Shown here in pieces: positions 28,887-38,161 of a stretch of DNA of 64,000 bases. Under the pieces are notes generated by a model, which saw only the letters and a list, made by a program, of their open reading frames with translations, was not told the origin of the DNA and made no database searches. Origin of the DNA: an uncultured Nitrososphaerota archaeon (lineage in GTDB: Archaea > Thermoproteota > Nitrososphaeria > Nitrososphaerales > Gagatemarchaeaceae). Numbering within the stretch: the stretch's first letter is position 1; each line of letters opens with the position of its first letter. Where the stretch lies: NCBI GenBank assembly GCA_963703285.1, contig OY969807.1:64001-128000 (forward strand), written 5' to 3'. The position numbers and the translations under genes were made by a program.

Positions 28887-29895
28887 ATGAAAACCATAGT
28901 CTTGGTTTGGGGTCCCTTTCGGCTTTCGTGCTGATGAACTCGCGGAATCCGTGGGTGCCGAGAGGGTCAGCATCACCGTCCTCTACGGCCCGCGATACTT
29001 CGCACCCATCCGCTACGTGGCGCTCTTCTTCAAGACCCTTCTGATACTCTCCCAGCGGAAGCCGGATGTCGTCTACGCCCAGAACCCTCCGGTGTTCTGC
29101 CCCCTCACCTGCATGCTCTACTGCCGTGCCACCGGCAAGAAGCTGGTCATAGACCACCACTCGGTTTGGAAGGTCAAGACCCTCGGCCGGGGGCCACTAT
29201 CCAGAATCATAGGGGTCCTTGAGGGGGTCGTCTCCCGCTCGGCCGCTGGGAACACCGCTCCCCACGTCTTCTGGGCCGAGATGCTCAGGTCGATGGGCGC
29301 TAGGAACGTTCTGGTGGTGCACGACTATGTCGAGAGGAACACCAACGCGCGCGACGAAAAGCTGCGGCTCTCCTTCACGGACAGGCCCTTGGTGGCGGTC
29401 TGCTCCCACGGCGGGCATCCCCTCGAGCGTATCGAGGCCGAGGCGTCCGGCGTCGGTCAGGTCGGCTCCGTCGAGCTGCTGATCACCGGCCCGAAAGAGA
29501 AGCTCGAGCGCAGGCTCTCAGCGGTCGCGCTCCCGGAGAACGTCCGGTACCTGGGCTTCCTCCCGAGGCAGACCTACGAGTCGCTCAAGGCCTCCGCCGA
29601 CATGGCGATCAACGTGACCGACGAGCCCTTCACCCTCTCTCACGTGCTCCTGGAGTATGCGGCCAGCTCCCTCCCGGTGATATCCTCCAGGGAGGAAGTG
29701 GTGCGGGGGTTCTTCGGGGACGCCCTGCTGTACACCGACACCACGGACTCCGCCGAGGTCGCGGAGAAGGTGAGGATGATGCTCGACCCGGCCGTCCGTG
29801 ACGAGTACAGGGAGAGGGTGACGAGGTGGTACGGCGAGCTCTCCCTCTCGCACCAGGCCGAGGTGCGGTCGCTCAGGTCGCTGCTGGGCCGATAA
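28887..29895 (+). CDS. Glycosyltransferase family 4-like protein (one extra base at about 28917-28920)
   Basis: MKTIVLVWGPF/GFRADELAESVGAERV...KPDVVYAQNPP...VIDHHS...NVRYLGFLP...LEYAASSLPVISS; the ORF track starts at GTG 28951. Confidence 0.82.
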
Positions 29896-31390
29896 CCGGT
29901 TTCAGGAGGGCCCTCGTGAGCCGCCGGAAGTTCCCGTCGGTCGCGAACAGGAACGCGAAGTAGATCAGCACGCCCAGGATGCCGATCACGGCGAGCTCCT
30001 CCGTGAAGTCGAGGCTGCGAACATGGTAGCTCAGGTAGCCGCCCGCTGCCAGGAAGAAGACACCCATCAGCGCCGACCCCGTCACGTACTTGAGGAACGA
30101 GGGTCTCAGGGAGAGCTTCCCGCTCTTCCTGATTCTGACGACCCGCGCAGCCACGAAGACCGAGAAGACGACCAGCTGGGCGGCCGCCCACGCGTCGATT
30201 ATCGCCTCGGGCGAGGCCCCGATGTGTGCCCCGACGGCGACGATCACGAGGACAGAGAGCACGTAGGCCACGGCGCTCGCGATATCAACGAGGAAGACGA
30301 AGAACAGGTTGCTGTGGAGGAAGTGCGTGAACCCGGCCGAGTCGTCGGCGTCGACCGTCACCCTCCCGGAGAGGACGTTGTCGAGGATCTGTGCCATCGC
30401 GTAGACGAGCGCGGAGAACGCCAGGATTTCCAGGGCCGTCGTGCTCTCGACGTAGTACATCGACTTCGGACTGAGCACGAAGAGTATCGGCTTCGCAAGG
30501 GTCGCAGCCCCGACGGCCATGGGGATTCCGAAGAGGAGCGAAAGGTCGAGCGTGATCGTGGGCAGCTCCTCGGAGCCCGCCCCGCCCCTGAGGAGGAGCG
30601 GGTAGAGCGCCGCCCCAAGGTAGTAGGAATACCCGGCGAGCGTCGCCACCGCGGCCGCCGCCTGATAGAACCCGACCGTCATCGTCCCTCCGGCGACGAG
30701 GCTAGCCACGAAGGTGTCCGCGATGCCGAGTATGTATGGTAGCGTCGCGAGGGAGGGCAGCCAGGCCCGCCTCCACCACCTCCTCCCAGAGTCAGGGTCG
30801 AACGGGAGCTGCAGCGCCCCCCTCGCGAGGAGCGTGGAGCTAGCCGCCTGGGCGAAGTTCGCCGCCATCAGGGAGACTATGACGCCGTCGATGCCCACGT
30901 GGAAGACGATCAGGAGGGGGTACGCGAAAGCAAGCTTGCTGACCTCCGAGGCCATCGTCGAGTAGCCCAGCACAATGGGGTCGTAGCCCGAGACGATGGC
31001 GTTCGATGCCTGGCTCCAGTACGCTATCGGCACGAGGAAGATTGCGAGGAGCATCGTCGTCAGGTCCGAGTGTCCTATTCGGGCGGACGTGGCGAAGGAG
31101 AGCACCGCGTAGAGCGCCATCCCCCCCAGGCTTAGGACCATGTTCATCCCGAGGGCCGTCTTTCCGAGCATCCGCCCCCTCGCTATGTCGCGCGTTGCCC
31201 AGTAGACGAGTATCCCTGCTGGGTACGAGGCGAAGGTGACGAGGTCGAGTACCACCTCCCAGAGCCCGAACTGGGAGACGGAGAGCGACCTGGTCATCAT
31301 GAGGAGGAACGCAAGACCGGTGAAGATGCTGACGAGCCTGAACGAGAAGACCGCGAACCCAGTTCTCCTGACGGAGATGCGTTTCGCCAT
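29873..31390 (-). CDS. Polysaccharide flippase-like membrane protein
   Basis: MTRSLSVSQFGLWE, VGFYQAA, LYPLLL; about 14 hydrophobic segments. Confidence 0.78.
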   Translation of the reverse strand: MAKRISVRRTGFAVFSFRLVSIFTGLAFLLMMTRSLSVSQFGLWEVVLDLVTFASYPAGILVYWATRDIARGRMLGKTALGMNMVLSLGGMALYAVLSFATSARIGHSDLTTMLLAIFLVPIAYWSQASNAIVSGYDPIVLGYSTMASEVSKLAFAYPLLIVFHVGIDGVIVSLMAANFAQAASSTLLARGALQLPFDPDSGRRWWRRAWLPSLATLPYILGIADTFVASLVAGGTMTVGFYQAAAAVATLAGYSYYLGAALYPLLLRGGAGSEELPTITLDLSLLFGIPMAVGAATLAKPILFVLSPKSMYYVESTTALEILAFSALVYAMAQILDNVLSGRVTVDADDSAGFTHFLHSNLFFVFLVDIASAVAYVLSVLVIVAVGAHIGASPEAIIDAWAAAQLVVFSVFVAARVVRIRKSGKLSLRPSFLKYVTGSALMGVFFLAAGGYLSYHVRSLDFTEELAVIGILGVLIYFAFLFATDGNFRRLTRALLKPVIGPAAT

Positions 31391-31396
31391 GTTCGA

Positions 31397-32140
31397 CTAG
31401 TCCAAGAACTTCAAGTTCTTCTCGACCAGCTCGTTGTCCAGCTTCTCGTACGACTCGGTCGTCCCGACGTCGTACCAGAAACCCTCGATGTAGAAGGGCG
31501 AGACGAGCATCCCCCGCTCGACCACCATAGGAACGAAGTGACTCATTATGTCCGGCGCCTCCTTCCCTGCCGCGGCCTCCCTCAGGACGGGGACGCACTC
31601 CTTCGATATGACCAGCGCCCCCACCGTCACGTTGAGGGGGAGGGAGGGCTTCTCCGCAAAGGAGACCACCCTGTCCTTCTCGACCTTGGCCACACCGACG
31701 GGCACCTTGTAGTCTCTGGAGAGCACGAGCGTCACCGCCGACCGCCGCTCCTCGTGCTGTTTCACGAGCCCGCGTATGTCGAGGGTCGTGAGGACGTCCC
31801 CGTAGTAGACGACGAGCGTGTCGAACCCCCTAAGGCTCTCCCCATCGAGCGCGCCGACGAGCGATGCCGCCGTCCCCCTCCTCCCGGGCGGGTCCCTGGA
31901 GTAGCTCATCCTGACGCCGTAGCCGCGTCCGTCGCGGAAGTAGTCCTCGATCTCCTCCGACCGGTGTCCCGTGAGCAGCGTGACGTCCTCGATGCCGTTG
32001 TAGGCCAGCAGCCTGACTATGTACTCGAGGAGAGGCCTCCTCTTGGTACCTATGGGTATCATGGTCTTCTGGAAGTAGTTGGAGAGCGGCCTCAGCCTTG
32101 TCCCTTCCCCGCCGCAGAGGACCGCCGCCTTGGTAACCAT
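31397..32140 (-). CDS. Sugar-phosphate nucleotidyltransferase
   Basis: AAVLCGGEGTRLRPLS...KTMIPIG...VYYGDVL...FAEKP...WYDVGT. Confidence 0.92.
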   Translation of the reverse strand: MVTKAAVLCGGEGTRLRPLSNYFQKTMIPIGTKRRPLLEYIVRLLAYNGIEDVTLLTGHRSEEIEDYFRDGRGYGVRMSYSRDPPGRRGTAASLVGALDGESLRGFDTLVVYYGDVLTTLDIRGLVKQHEERRSAVTLVLSRDYKVPVGVAKVEKDRVVSFAEKPSLPLNVTVGALVISKECVPVLREAAAGKEAPDIMSHFVPMVVERGMLVSPFYIEGFWYDVGTTESYEKLDNELVEKNLKFLD

Positions 32141-32256
32141 GCCCGTTCCCGGGCTGCGCGGAGCCTTCACTTAAACCATCGACGGCCGGCAGGTTCCGCG
32201 AAGATTCTTTAATCAACCGTTGAGGGTCGGTGCCAAGGCGCAGCGAGCCATTGAAG

Positions 32257-33195
32257 ATGAAAGCGACTGTCGTGCTCTTCTTCGTCGTCTCGCTGGCTCT
32301 CGCGCTCCTCCTCCCGGACGTCGGCTTCGCCCTCCCCTTCGTCTTCGGCTTGGCGTTCGGCCTGTACGGGGTGGCCGCGAGCCGCTCCCGGCGCCTCGAT
32401 CCTCTCAACGACGCGCCGAACGCCCTCCGAGTCTTCCTGGGATCCTTGGGAGGGTACCTGGTGACCATCGACCGCGTCTTCATCTTCCCCTCCCTGGGAA
32501 TCCTCCTGCTGTTTGGCGGCTTGTTCCTCAACGACGAGTTTCAGAGGCGGGCGATCTTCTCCCTGAGGAAGGGTCGCAGGGGGGGCTCCATCGCGCTGCT
32601 CGGGATCGACGGCTCGGGCAAGTCCACCCACTCGGCAGTCACGAGCGGCTGGCTCGAGGGGCGGGGATACAGGGTAAAGTTGATGCCCTTCCACAGGTAC
32701 CTGTTCGTAGAGAGGCTCTCCTCCCTCTCTTCCTCCGTCAGGGGGGCCCCAGCCGCCCGCAGGAGGAACCCCCTCAGGCCGGTCGTCTCTCTGGTGGACA
32801 ACCTCCTCCTCCAGCTATCGTCGTCCATCGGCTCGAGGTTGGAGGGAACGATCGTGATCTATGACCGCTTCATCTGGAGCACCTACATCAAGTACGAGGC
32901 GCTGGGCTACCCGGTGAAGCCGCTCTCGTTCCTGTACCTGCTCCCCCGTCCTTACTTCGCGATAGTCCTCGACGTGCCCATCGAGAGGTCGCTGAAGGTG
33001 ATCGACGAGCGAGACTCACACATCCGCTATCCCGGACGCGTGCTCGAGCGCGAGAGGGAGCGCTACCTTGGCATCGCCGAGAAGAACGGCTACCCAGTCA
33101 TCGACTCGACAGCGCCCTTCGACGACGTGCAATCGAAGATCGAGGGCCGCCTGTCGAAACTCTTCCCGAGCGCGGCTGGAGCGGAGCCGAATTGA
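32257..33195 (+). CDS. Thymidylate-kinase-like P-loop protein with N-terminal membrane segments
   Basis: About 100 hydrophobic residues, then IALLGIDGSGKST...VIYDRFIWS...LPRP...LDVP. Confidence 0.75.
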   Translation: MKATVVLFFVVSLALALLLPDVGFALPFVFGLAFGLYGVAASRSRRLDPLNDAPNALRVFLGSLGGYLVTIDRVFIFPSLGILLLFGGLFLNDEFQRRAIFSLRKGRRGGSIALLGIDGSGKSTHSAVTSGWLEGRGYRVKLMPFHRYLFVERLSSLSSSVRGAPAARRRNPLRPVVSLVDNLLLQLSSSIGSRLEGTIVIYDRFIWSTYIKYEALGYPVKPLSFLYLLPRPYFAIVLDVPIERSLKVIDERDSHIRYPGRVLERERERYLGIAEKNGYPVIDSTAPFDDVQSKIEGRLSKLFPSAAGAEPN

Positions 33196-34415
33196 CCGAC
33201 CAGCGCACCTACGCCGCGTCTACCATCGAGGACAGCCTCGGCCTCCTAGAGGGCTCGCTCAAGCCGAAGGGGCTCCCCGAGGGCCTCGTGGACTCGATCT
33301 CGTCGGCGGTCCGCGGCCGTCCTCCCAAGGAGACCGAGGGGCCCAGCATCGAGAAGCAGGTGATCGCGCTCCTCGCCGACGCCAGGGCGTCCGCCCTGGC
33401 AAAGGACGGCTTCTTCGTGCGCAAGGCCAGGTGGCCGCGCGCAGCTCCCTTCGCCGTCTGCCTCACCCACGACGTGGACAACATCTCCCGGCCGAGGGGG
33501 CACCTCTGGAGGACCAGGTCGAGGTTCGGCAGGTGGGACCTCATCAGGGGCTTACTCGGCCTGGCGTCTCTCTACGACAACGTGGACCTCATATCCTCGA
33601 GGGAGGAGTCGCGGGGCTTCCACTCCAGCTTCTACTACCTCTCCTCGAACTACCCGCTGGCGGACGTGCGCCGGGACGCGGGGCGCATACGCGCCTCGGG
33701 CTGGGACGTCGGGCTGCACGGGGACTTCGGCACGCACGATTCGCAGGAGAAGATGCACTCGGCTGTGTTGCAGTTCTCCAGGGGGATGGGTTTCAAACCC
33801 CTTGGACTGAGGGAGCACTACCTGAGGTTTGACTTCGCCAAGTCGTGGAAGATCATGGAGGCCGAGGGCTTCGACTACGACACGACCATCGGGACGACGG
33901 ACCGTCTCGGGTTCAAGCTGGGACTGGCAACCCCGTTCCACCCTCCCGACGACTCTTGGTCCGAGATGAACCTGCTCGAGCTCCCGCTCGTTCTCATGGA
34001 CACCACGCTCTGGGGGTACCTCAAGAGGTCCGAGGAGGATGGCTACGCCGACGCGATGATGATGATGAAGAGGGTCGAGGAGGTCGAGGGGCTCTTCACC
34101 CTCCTGTGGCACCAGGAAGCGGTGAGGATGAAGGGAGGAAGGATGTACTGGCGGCTCCTGGACGAGTTCATGCGCAGGGGATGCTATGTCGGGAGCGGCG
34201 CCGAGGTCGCGGGGTGGTGGCGCGAGAGGTCTCTTCCGCTCCTGAAGGAAGGCAAGGCGATCAGGTTCTCCGGGGAACCTCCGAGCGAACTCGTCCTGAG
34301 GCTGAACGTCGCAGAGGGGCGCACCCCGAGGGTCTCGTCGGGCACGCTCACGCGCAGCGGGGAGGAGATATTAGTGAGGCCGCAGGGCGCGAACTTCAGG
34401 CTCGAGGTGACCTAG
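33192..34415 (+). CDS. Polysaccharide deacetylase-like protein
   Basis: FAVCLTHDVD, VGLHG, GLREHYLRF, FDYDTT, LELPLVLMDTTL, FTLLWH. Confidence 0.82.
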   Translation: MTDQRTYAASTIEDSLGLLEGSLKPKGLPEGLVDSISSAVRGRPPKETEGPSIEKQVIALLADARASALAKDGFFVRKARWPRAAPFAVCLTHDVDNISRPRGHLWRTRSRFGRWDLIRGLLGLASLYDNVDLISSREESRGFHSSFYYLSSNYPLADVRRDAGRIRASGWDVGLHGDFGTHDSQEKMHSAVLQFSRGMGFKPLGLREHYLRFDFAKSWKIMEAEGFDYDTTIGTTDRLGFKLGLATPFHPPDDSWSEMNLLELPLVLMDTTLWGYLKRSEEDGYADAMMMMKRVEEVEGLFTLLWHQEAVRMKGGRMYWRLLDEFMRRGCYVGSGAEVAGWWRERSLPLLKEGKAIRFSGEPPSELVLRLNVAEGRTPRVSSGTLTRSGEEILVRPQGANFRLEVT

Positions 34416-34427
34416 ACGGCAGAACGC

Positions 34428-35522
34428 GTGCTCGTGACCGGTTCGGGAGGTTTGGCTGGCGTGAACTTTGTCAGAGCGCTCAGGGCCTCCAGCAGGAAGT
34501 ATTACATCGTCGGGGCCGACTTCAGCAGCTATCACATAGTCTACCCCGACGTCGACGCCCGGTACCTAACCCCGAGGCACACGGACCCGTCTTTCGTCCC
34601 CACGGTCGCTTCGCTCGTGAAAGCCGAGAAGGTCGATTTCCTTCACCCCCAACCCTCCAGCGAGGCATTCGTGATTGCCTCGAACAGGAAGAGGATCGGC
34701 TGCCGCGTCTTCCTCCCGGACAGGAGGGTGATGGCCCTGGGACAGGACAAGCTCCTCTCGCAGCAGGCGCTGGCCAGAAAGAAGGTTCCCGTCCCGAAGA
34801 CGAGGACTGTCGAATCGATCGGCGAGGTGAAAGAGGCCTTCTCGGAGCTCTCCCTCGACCTCTCCCCGGAACCGGGTTCGCCGCTGTGGGTCAGGGCGAG
34901 GCACGGAGCGGGCGGGAAGCTGAGCCTCCTCTGCAACGGCTACCGAGAGGCTCAGCACTGGATGGGCCTCTGGGTCCTGAGGGGGAACCCCATCAGCGAG
35001 TTCATAATTCAGGAGTATCTCCCGGGGAGGAACATCGCCTGGGACAGCATCTGGTCCGACGGCTCGCTCGTCACATCCTACGCTAGGGAGAGGCTCGAGT
35101 ATCCCTTCAAGCACATCTCACCCTCCGGTATAACCGGGACGCCCTCCGTAGCGAGGATCGTCAAGGACGATAGGGTGAACGCCGTGGGTCAGGCTGGGGT
35201 CAGGGCGATTGACCCCCATCCGCATGGCGCATACTCGGTGGACGTGAAGGAGTCTTCGACCGGCGAGGTCTGCGTCACCGAGGTCGACGCTGGGAAGTTC
35301 CACTCCACGATGCCGCTTTGGGGGTACATCGCGGTGAAGCACCTCGGGCTGCCCTGGTACGCGAACCTCGCGGACCTTTACCTGAGGCTGGGGATGGGCG
35401 AGAAGGTTCCCTCCTCCATCCCGCGCACCGACCTCATCCCCGAGGGCAACTACCTGCTGAGGGACATGGACGTCGGGGCGTTTCTCTGGCGCGAGGACGG
35501 CTTCAAGGAGAAGGTGCTTTGA
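34428..35522 (+). CDS. ATP-grasp carboxylate-amine ligase
   Basis: LVTGSGGLAG...QDKL...VPVPKT...IIQEYLPG...VTEVDAGKF. Confidence 0.82.
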   Translation: MLVTGSGGLAGVNFVRALRASSRKYYIVGADFSSYHIVYPDVDARYLTPRHTDPSFVPTVASLVKAEKVDFLHPQPSSEAFVIASNRKRIGCRVFLPDRRVMALGQDKLLSQQALARKKVPVPKTRTVESIGEVKEAFSELSLDLSPEPGSPLWVRARHGAGGKLSLLCNGYREAQHWMGLWVLRGNPISEFIIQEYLPGRNIAWDSIWSDGSLVTSYARERLEYPFKHISPSGITGTPSVARIVKDDRVNAVGQAGVRAIDPHPHGAYSVDVKESSTGEVCVTEVDAGKFHSTMPLWGYIAVKHLGLPWYANLADLYLRLGMGEKVPSSIPRTDLIPEGNYLLRDMDVGAFLWREDGFKEKVL

Positions 35523-36112
35523 CCGCGGCGCCGCTTGCCTACGTTTTCGACTTCGACGGGACCCTCGGCGAGATACCCGTGGACTGGGACGGGGTGAGGG
35601 AGGGCCTGAGGAGGGTCACGGCCAACTCCTCAGAGTTCAGGCCCGTCTTCCCGACGCTGGGTGGCGTGATTGCAAAGAACCCGAAGCTCGCCGCCCCTGC
35701 GTTCAAGGTCATAGACGAGTTCGAGGCCGCGGCGGCGCCTTCCGCCCGCCTGTACGAAGGGAGCGTCGACCTGCTCTCCAGGCTCGCGGAGACCACCAAG
35801 GTCTCACTGGTCACGATGCAGGGGAGGAGGGCGTGCTCCCAGGTGCTGGACCGTTTCGGCCTCAAGCAGTTCTTCATCGAGTGCTTCACCAGGGAGGACT
35901 CCCTGGACAGGGCCGAACAGATAGGGCTGGCTCTGACCGCGATGAAGGCCCAAAGGCAGACGAGCATGTTCATCGGCGACCGACTCAACGACCTCAGAGC
36001 CGCGAGGACAGTCGGGGTCCCCTTCACCCTCATCCGCACGCATGGGACGGACCCCGAGGACGACGTCCCGATCTACCACAGCCTGGCAGAGTTCTCGGCT
36101 GCAATCCTCTAG
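35519..36112 (+). CDS. HAD family hydrolase
   Basis: TTG start; VFDFDGTL, LVT, FIGDRLNDL. Confidence 0.88.
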   Translation: MTAAPLAYVFDFDGTLGEIPVDWDGVREGLRRVTANSSEFRPVFPTLGGVIAKNPKLAAPAFKVIDEFEAAAAPSARLYEGSVDLLSRLAETTKVSLVTMQGRRACSQVLDRFGLKQFFIECFTREDSLDRAEQIGLALTAMKAQRQTSMFIGDRLNDLRAARTVGVPFTLIRTHGTDPEDDVPIYHSLAEFSAAIL

Positions 36113-36912
36113 CCGCCTTCAAGCCTCGCGAGGATGCGGGCGTGAAGGGTACCGTTCGCCCCAGCCACAAGGCTGAACCTCTCCCGGACGTTCATCGCAG
36201 GGTCGAGCGCCGTACCGCTATGATCGCTGAAGACACCCCCCGCCTGCCTGGCTATCAGGTACGCGGCGGCCACATCGACCACCCTCGCCCTTCCCCTGAC
36301 GTCGACGATGCCGTCGAGCCTGCCCTCGGCGAAGAAGCACGTCTCGAGGGCGTTCGCCCCGAAGTGCATCTGCCTCTTTATGGAGGCTATCAGACCGTTG
36401 AGGCTCTTGACCACGGGCAGCGTGGTTCTGGAGATGTCTATGCCCAGGGTGGCGTCCCGCAGCTCGGAGGCGGCGCTCGTCTTGATCTCCGACCCGTTCT
36501 TCGTCGAGTACCCCGCCTTTTCTGAGTAGTACGTGTCTCCGTTGACGAGGTTTCGGACGAGCGCGTAGCTGGCGTCCTCGAGCCTCCTGCCCTCCAGCAC
36601 AGCTATCGACGTGCAGTAGAACGGTATTCCCCGCTCAAAGTTCGAGGAACCATCGATGGGGTCTACCACGACCGTCCATCTCGCTCCCTTCGGACCCGAC
36701 TCCCCGTGCTCCTCGGCGACGAACCTGACGTCGCCCTTCTGCCTCACTGCGTCGACTATCTCGTCCTCGGCCTCCTTGTCGACCCTCATCGTCACGTCCC
36801 CTGAGGCGCCCTCGCCCATACTCTCCGTCCCCTGCTGGGCCGAGACGAGCCTGTCCCTGACGTCTTGGACCCTCTCGGCCGCTTCGCGGAGCACCGATTC
36901 CCACTCTACCAT
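36109..36912 (-). CDS. Inositol monophosphatase / FBPase class IV
   Basis: VDKEAED, AEE, VDPIDGSSNF, DVAAAYLIARQAGG. Confidence 0.92.
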   Translation of the reverse strand: MVEWESVLREAAERVQDVRDRLVSAQQGTESMGEGASGDVTMRVDKEAEDEIVDAVRQKGDVRFVAEEHGESGPKGARWTVVVDPIDGSSNFERGIPFYCTSIAVLEGRRLEDASYALVRNLVNGDTYYSEKAGYSTKNGSEIKTSAASELRDATLGIDISRTTLPVVKSLNGLIASIKRQMHFGANALETCFFAEGRLDGIVDVRGRARVVDVAAAYLIARQAGGVFSDHSGTALDPAMNVRERFSLVAGANGTLHARILARLEGG

Positions 36913-36959
36913 CGCTTCGTCGCCCCTACCCTGCCGGAGCCCCCGAATCAGCTTTACGA

Positions 36960-37565
36960 CTAGGGAAGGCTGAGCAGGACTCCGCTCTGGAAGATTGCGA
37001 GGTAGACCAGGTAGATCATGTACCCGACGGCGATGTAGGCGACTGTGGGCACGCCGTACTGCACCTCGACCATGGCGTTCTCGTCCGTCACCTTCTCGAC
37101 GTCATCTCGCGATATGTTCACGTCGTTGACCACCTCCTTCCTCTCCTGCCCCGAGATGACCGCCTTCGGGATCCACCTGGCCTCCTTCTTGAACTGCCGA
37201 ATTGGTATCACCTTGCTCTTCCCCGTCATGCCCGTAGCGAAGAGGTAGCCGATGTGGCAGAGAGCCACCCCCGCTATTGCGAAGAGGACTGGTAGCGGCG
37301 CCAGCGGCGCGGGGTCGGCCACCACGAGGACGAACGCAATGCCGTCGGCCTCGCCGACGAAGCCGTACCAGGCGATCACCAGGGCGATTCCGCCGATGAT
37401 CGCTATCCTGACCAGGAGAATGAGGTCCTCAGACGGCACGAAGTAGAACGCAAGGACGACACCGATGATGGCGGGGATCCACGCGACGTCCGAGACAAGT
37501 CTCTCCCTGATGTCTTGGTAGCCTGCAATCAGGAAGGATACCGCCATGAGTATCTGCAGGAACAA
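36960..37565 (-). CDS. Prepilin peptidase (A24, PibD/FlaK-like)
   Basis: AGYQDIRERLVSD, VGEADGIAF (two catalytic Asp), VQYGVPTVAYI; divergent from the pilin genes; start at 37565 or 37577. Confidence 0.75.
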   Translation of the reverse strand: MFLQILMAVSFLIAGYQDIRERLVSDVAWIPAIIGVVLAFYFVPSEDLILLVRIAIIGGIALVIAWYGFVGEADGIAFVLVVADPAPLAPLPVLFAIAGVALCHIGYLFATGMTGKSKVIPIRQFKKEARWIPKAVISGQERKEVVNDVNISRDDVEKVTDENAMVEVQYGVPTVAYIAVGYMIYLVYLAIFQSGVLLSLP

Positions 37566-37582
37566 GCTCGCACGCACACTCT

Positions 37583-37604
37583 GGCGGGCCTTATAAGCTC
37601 CGCC
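37583..37604. promoter_or_regulatory. Palindromic TATA box, candidate bidirectional promoter
   Basis: GGCGGGC-CTTATAAG-CTCCGCC centred between the divergent starts at 37565 and 37618. Confidence 0.5.
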
Positions 37605-37617
37605 CGCTTGCTGGTCC

Positions 37618-38124
37618 ATGTCAAACCAGAATTTCGAGTCGCTCGTGAAGGCGCTCGCCTCCATCTGCCCGCTCGGAGGTCTCGCCGACTCGTTACAGGT
37701 AAGGTTCTCGAGGTTGCTCTCCTCCTCCCAGCTCTATCTCTCGCCGTTCCTCTACTCGCGGTTCTCCGTCTCCCTCGTCTTCTACCCGGCCATCGCGGAG
37801 GTCCTCGCGCTCCTCCTCCCGCGCCCCCAGAGCCTCATCATCATCGCCTCCCTCGCGCTCGTCCAGACGATCCCGCTACTGGTCCCCGCAATCTCCATCT
37901 CCTCGATCTCGTTCTTGAGCAGCTTCAACCAGGGCAGAGTGCCCTTCCTGCCCAGTTTCACCGCTGTTTCTGAGAGTTACATACTCCTCTCCATATCGAC
38001 GGTCTCGCTCCTGACGGGCGTGCTCCTCTCGAAGCTCTTCACCCAGACGACCAGGCACGCCATTGCCGTCCCGCTGCTGCTCGCCTCTACGATCGTTTCC
38101 CTACTGATCTTTGGGATCGTGTGA
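37618..38124 (+). CDS. Membrane protein of the pilus locus (possibly a reduced TadC/FlaJ-like platform)
   Basis: Almost entirely hydrophobic; directly upstream of the pilins; no diagnostic motif. Confidence 0.5.
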   Translation: MSNQNFESLVKALASICPLGGLADSLQVRFSRLLSSSQLYLSPFLYSRFSVSLVFYPAIAEVLALLLPRPQSLIIIASLALVQTIPLLVPAISISSISFLSSFNQGRVPFLPSFTAVSESYILLSISTVSLLTGVLLSKLFTQTTRHAIAVPLLLASTIVSLLIFGIV

Positions 38125-38161
38125 GAGGGGGCGATTAAATATCCCGCCCAGGTATGGGTGC

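Noticed and set aside
28114-28929. Archaeal BHB intron or group I intron around the endonuclease
   Set aside because: No bulge-helix-bulge pairing was evident at the junctions, and the flanks are too short for a ribozyme core; the duplicated N-terminus explains the structure better.
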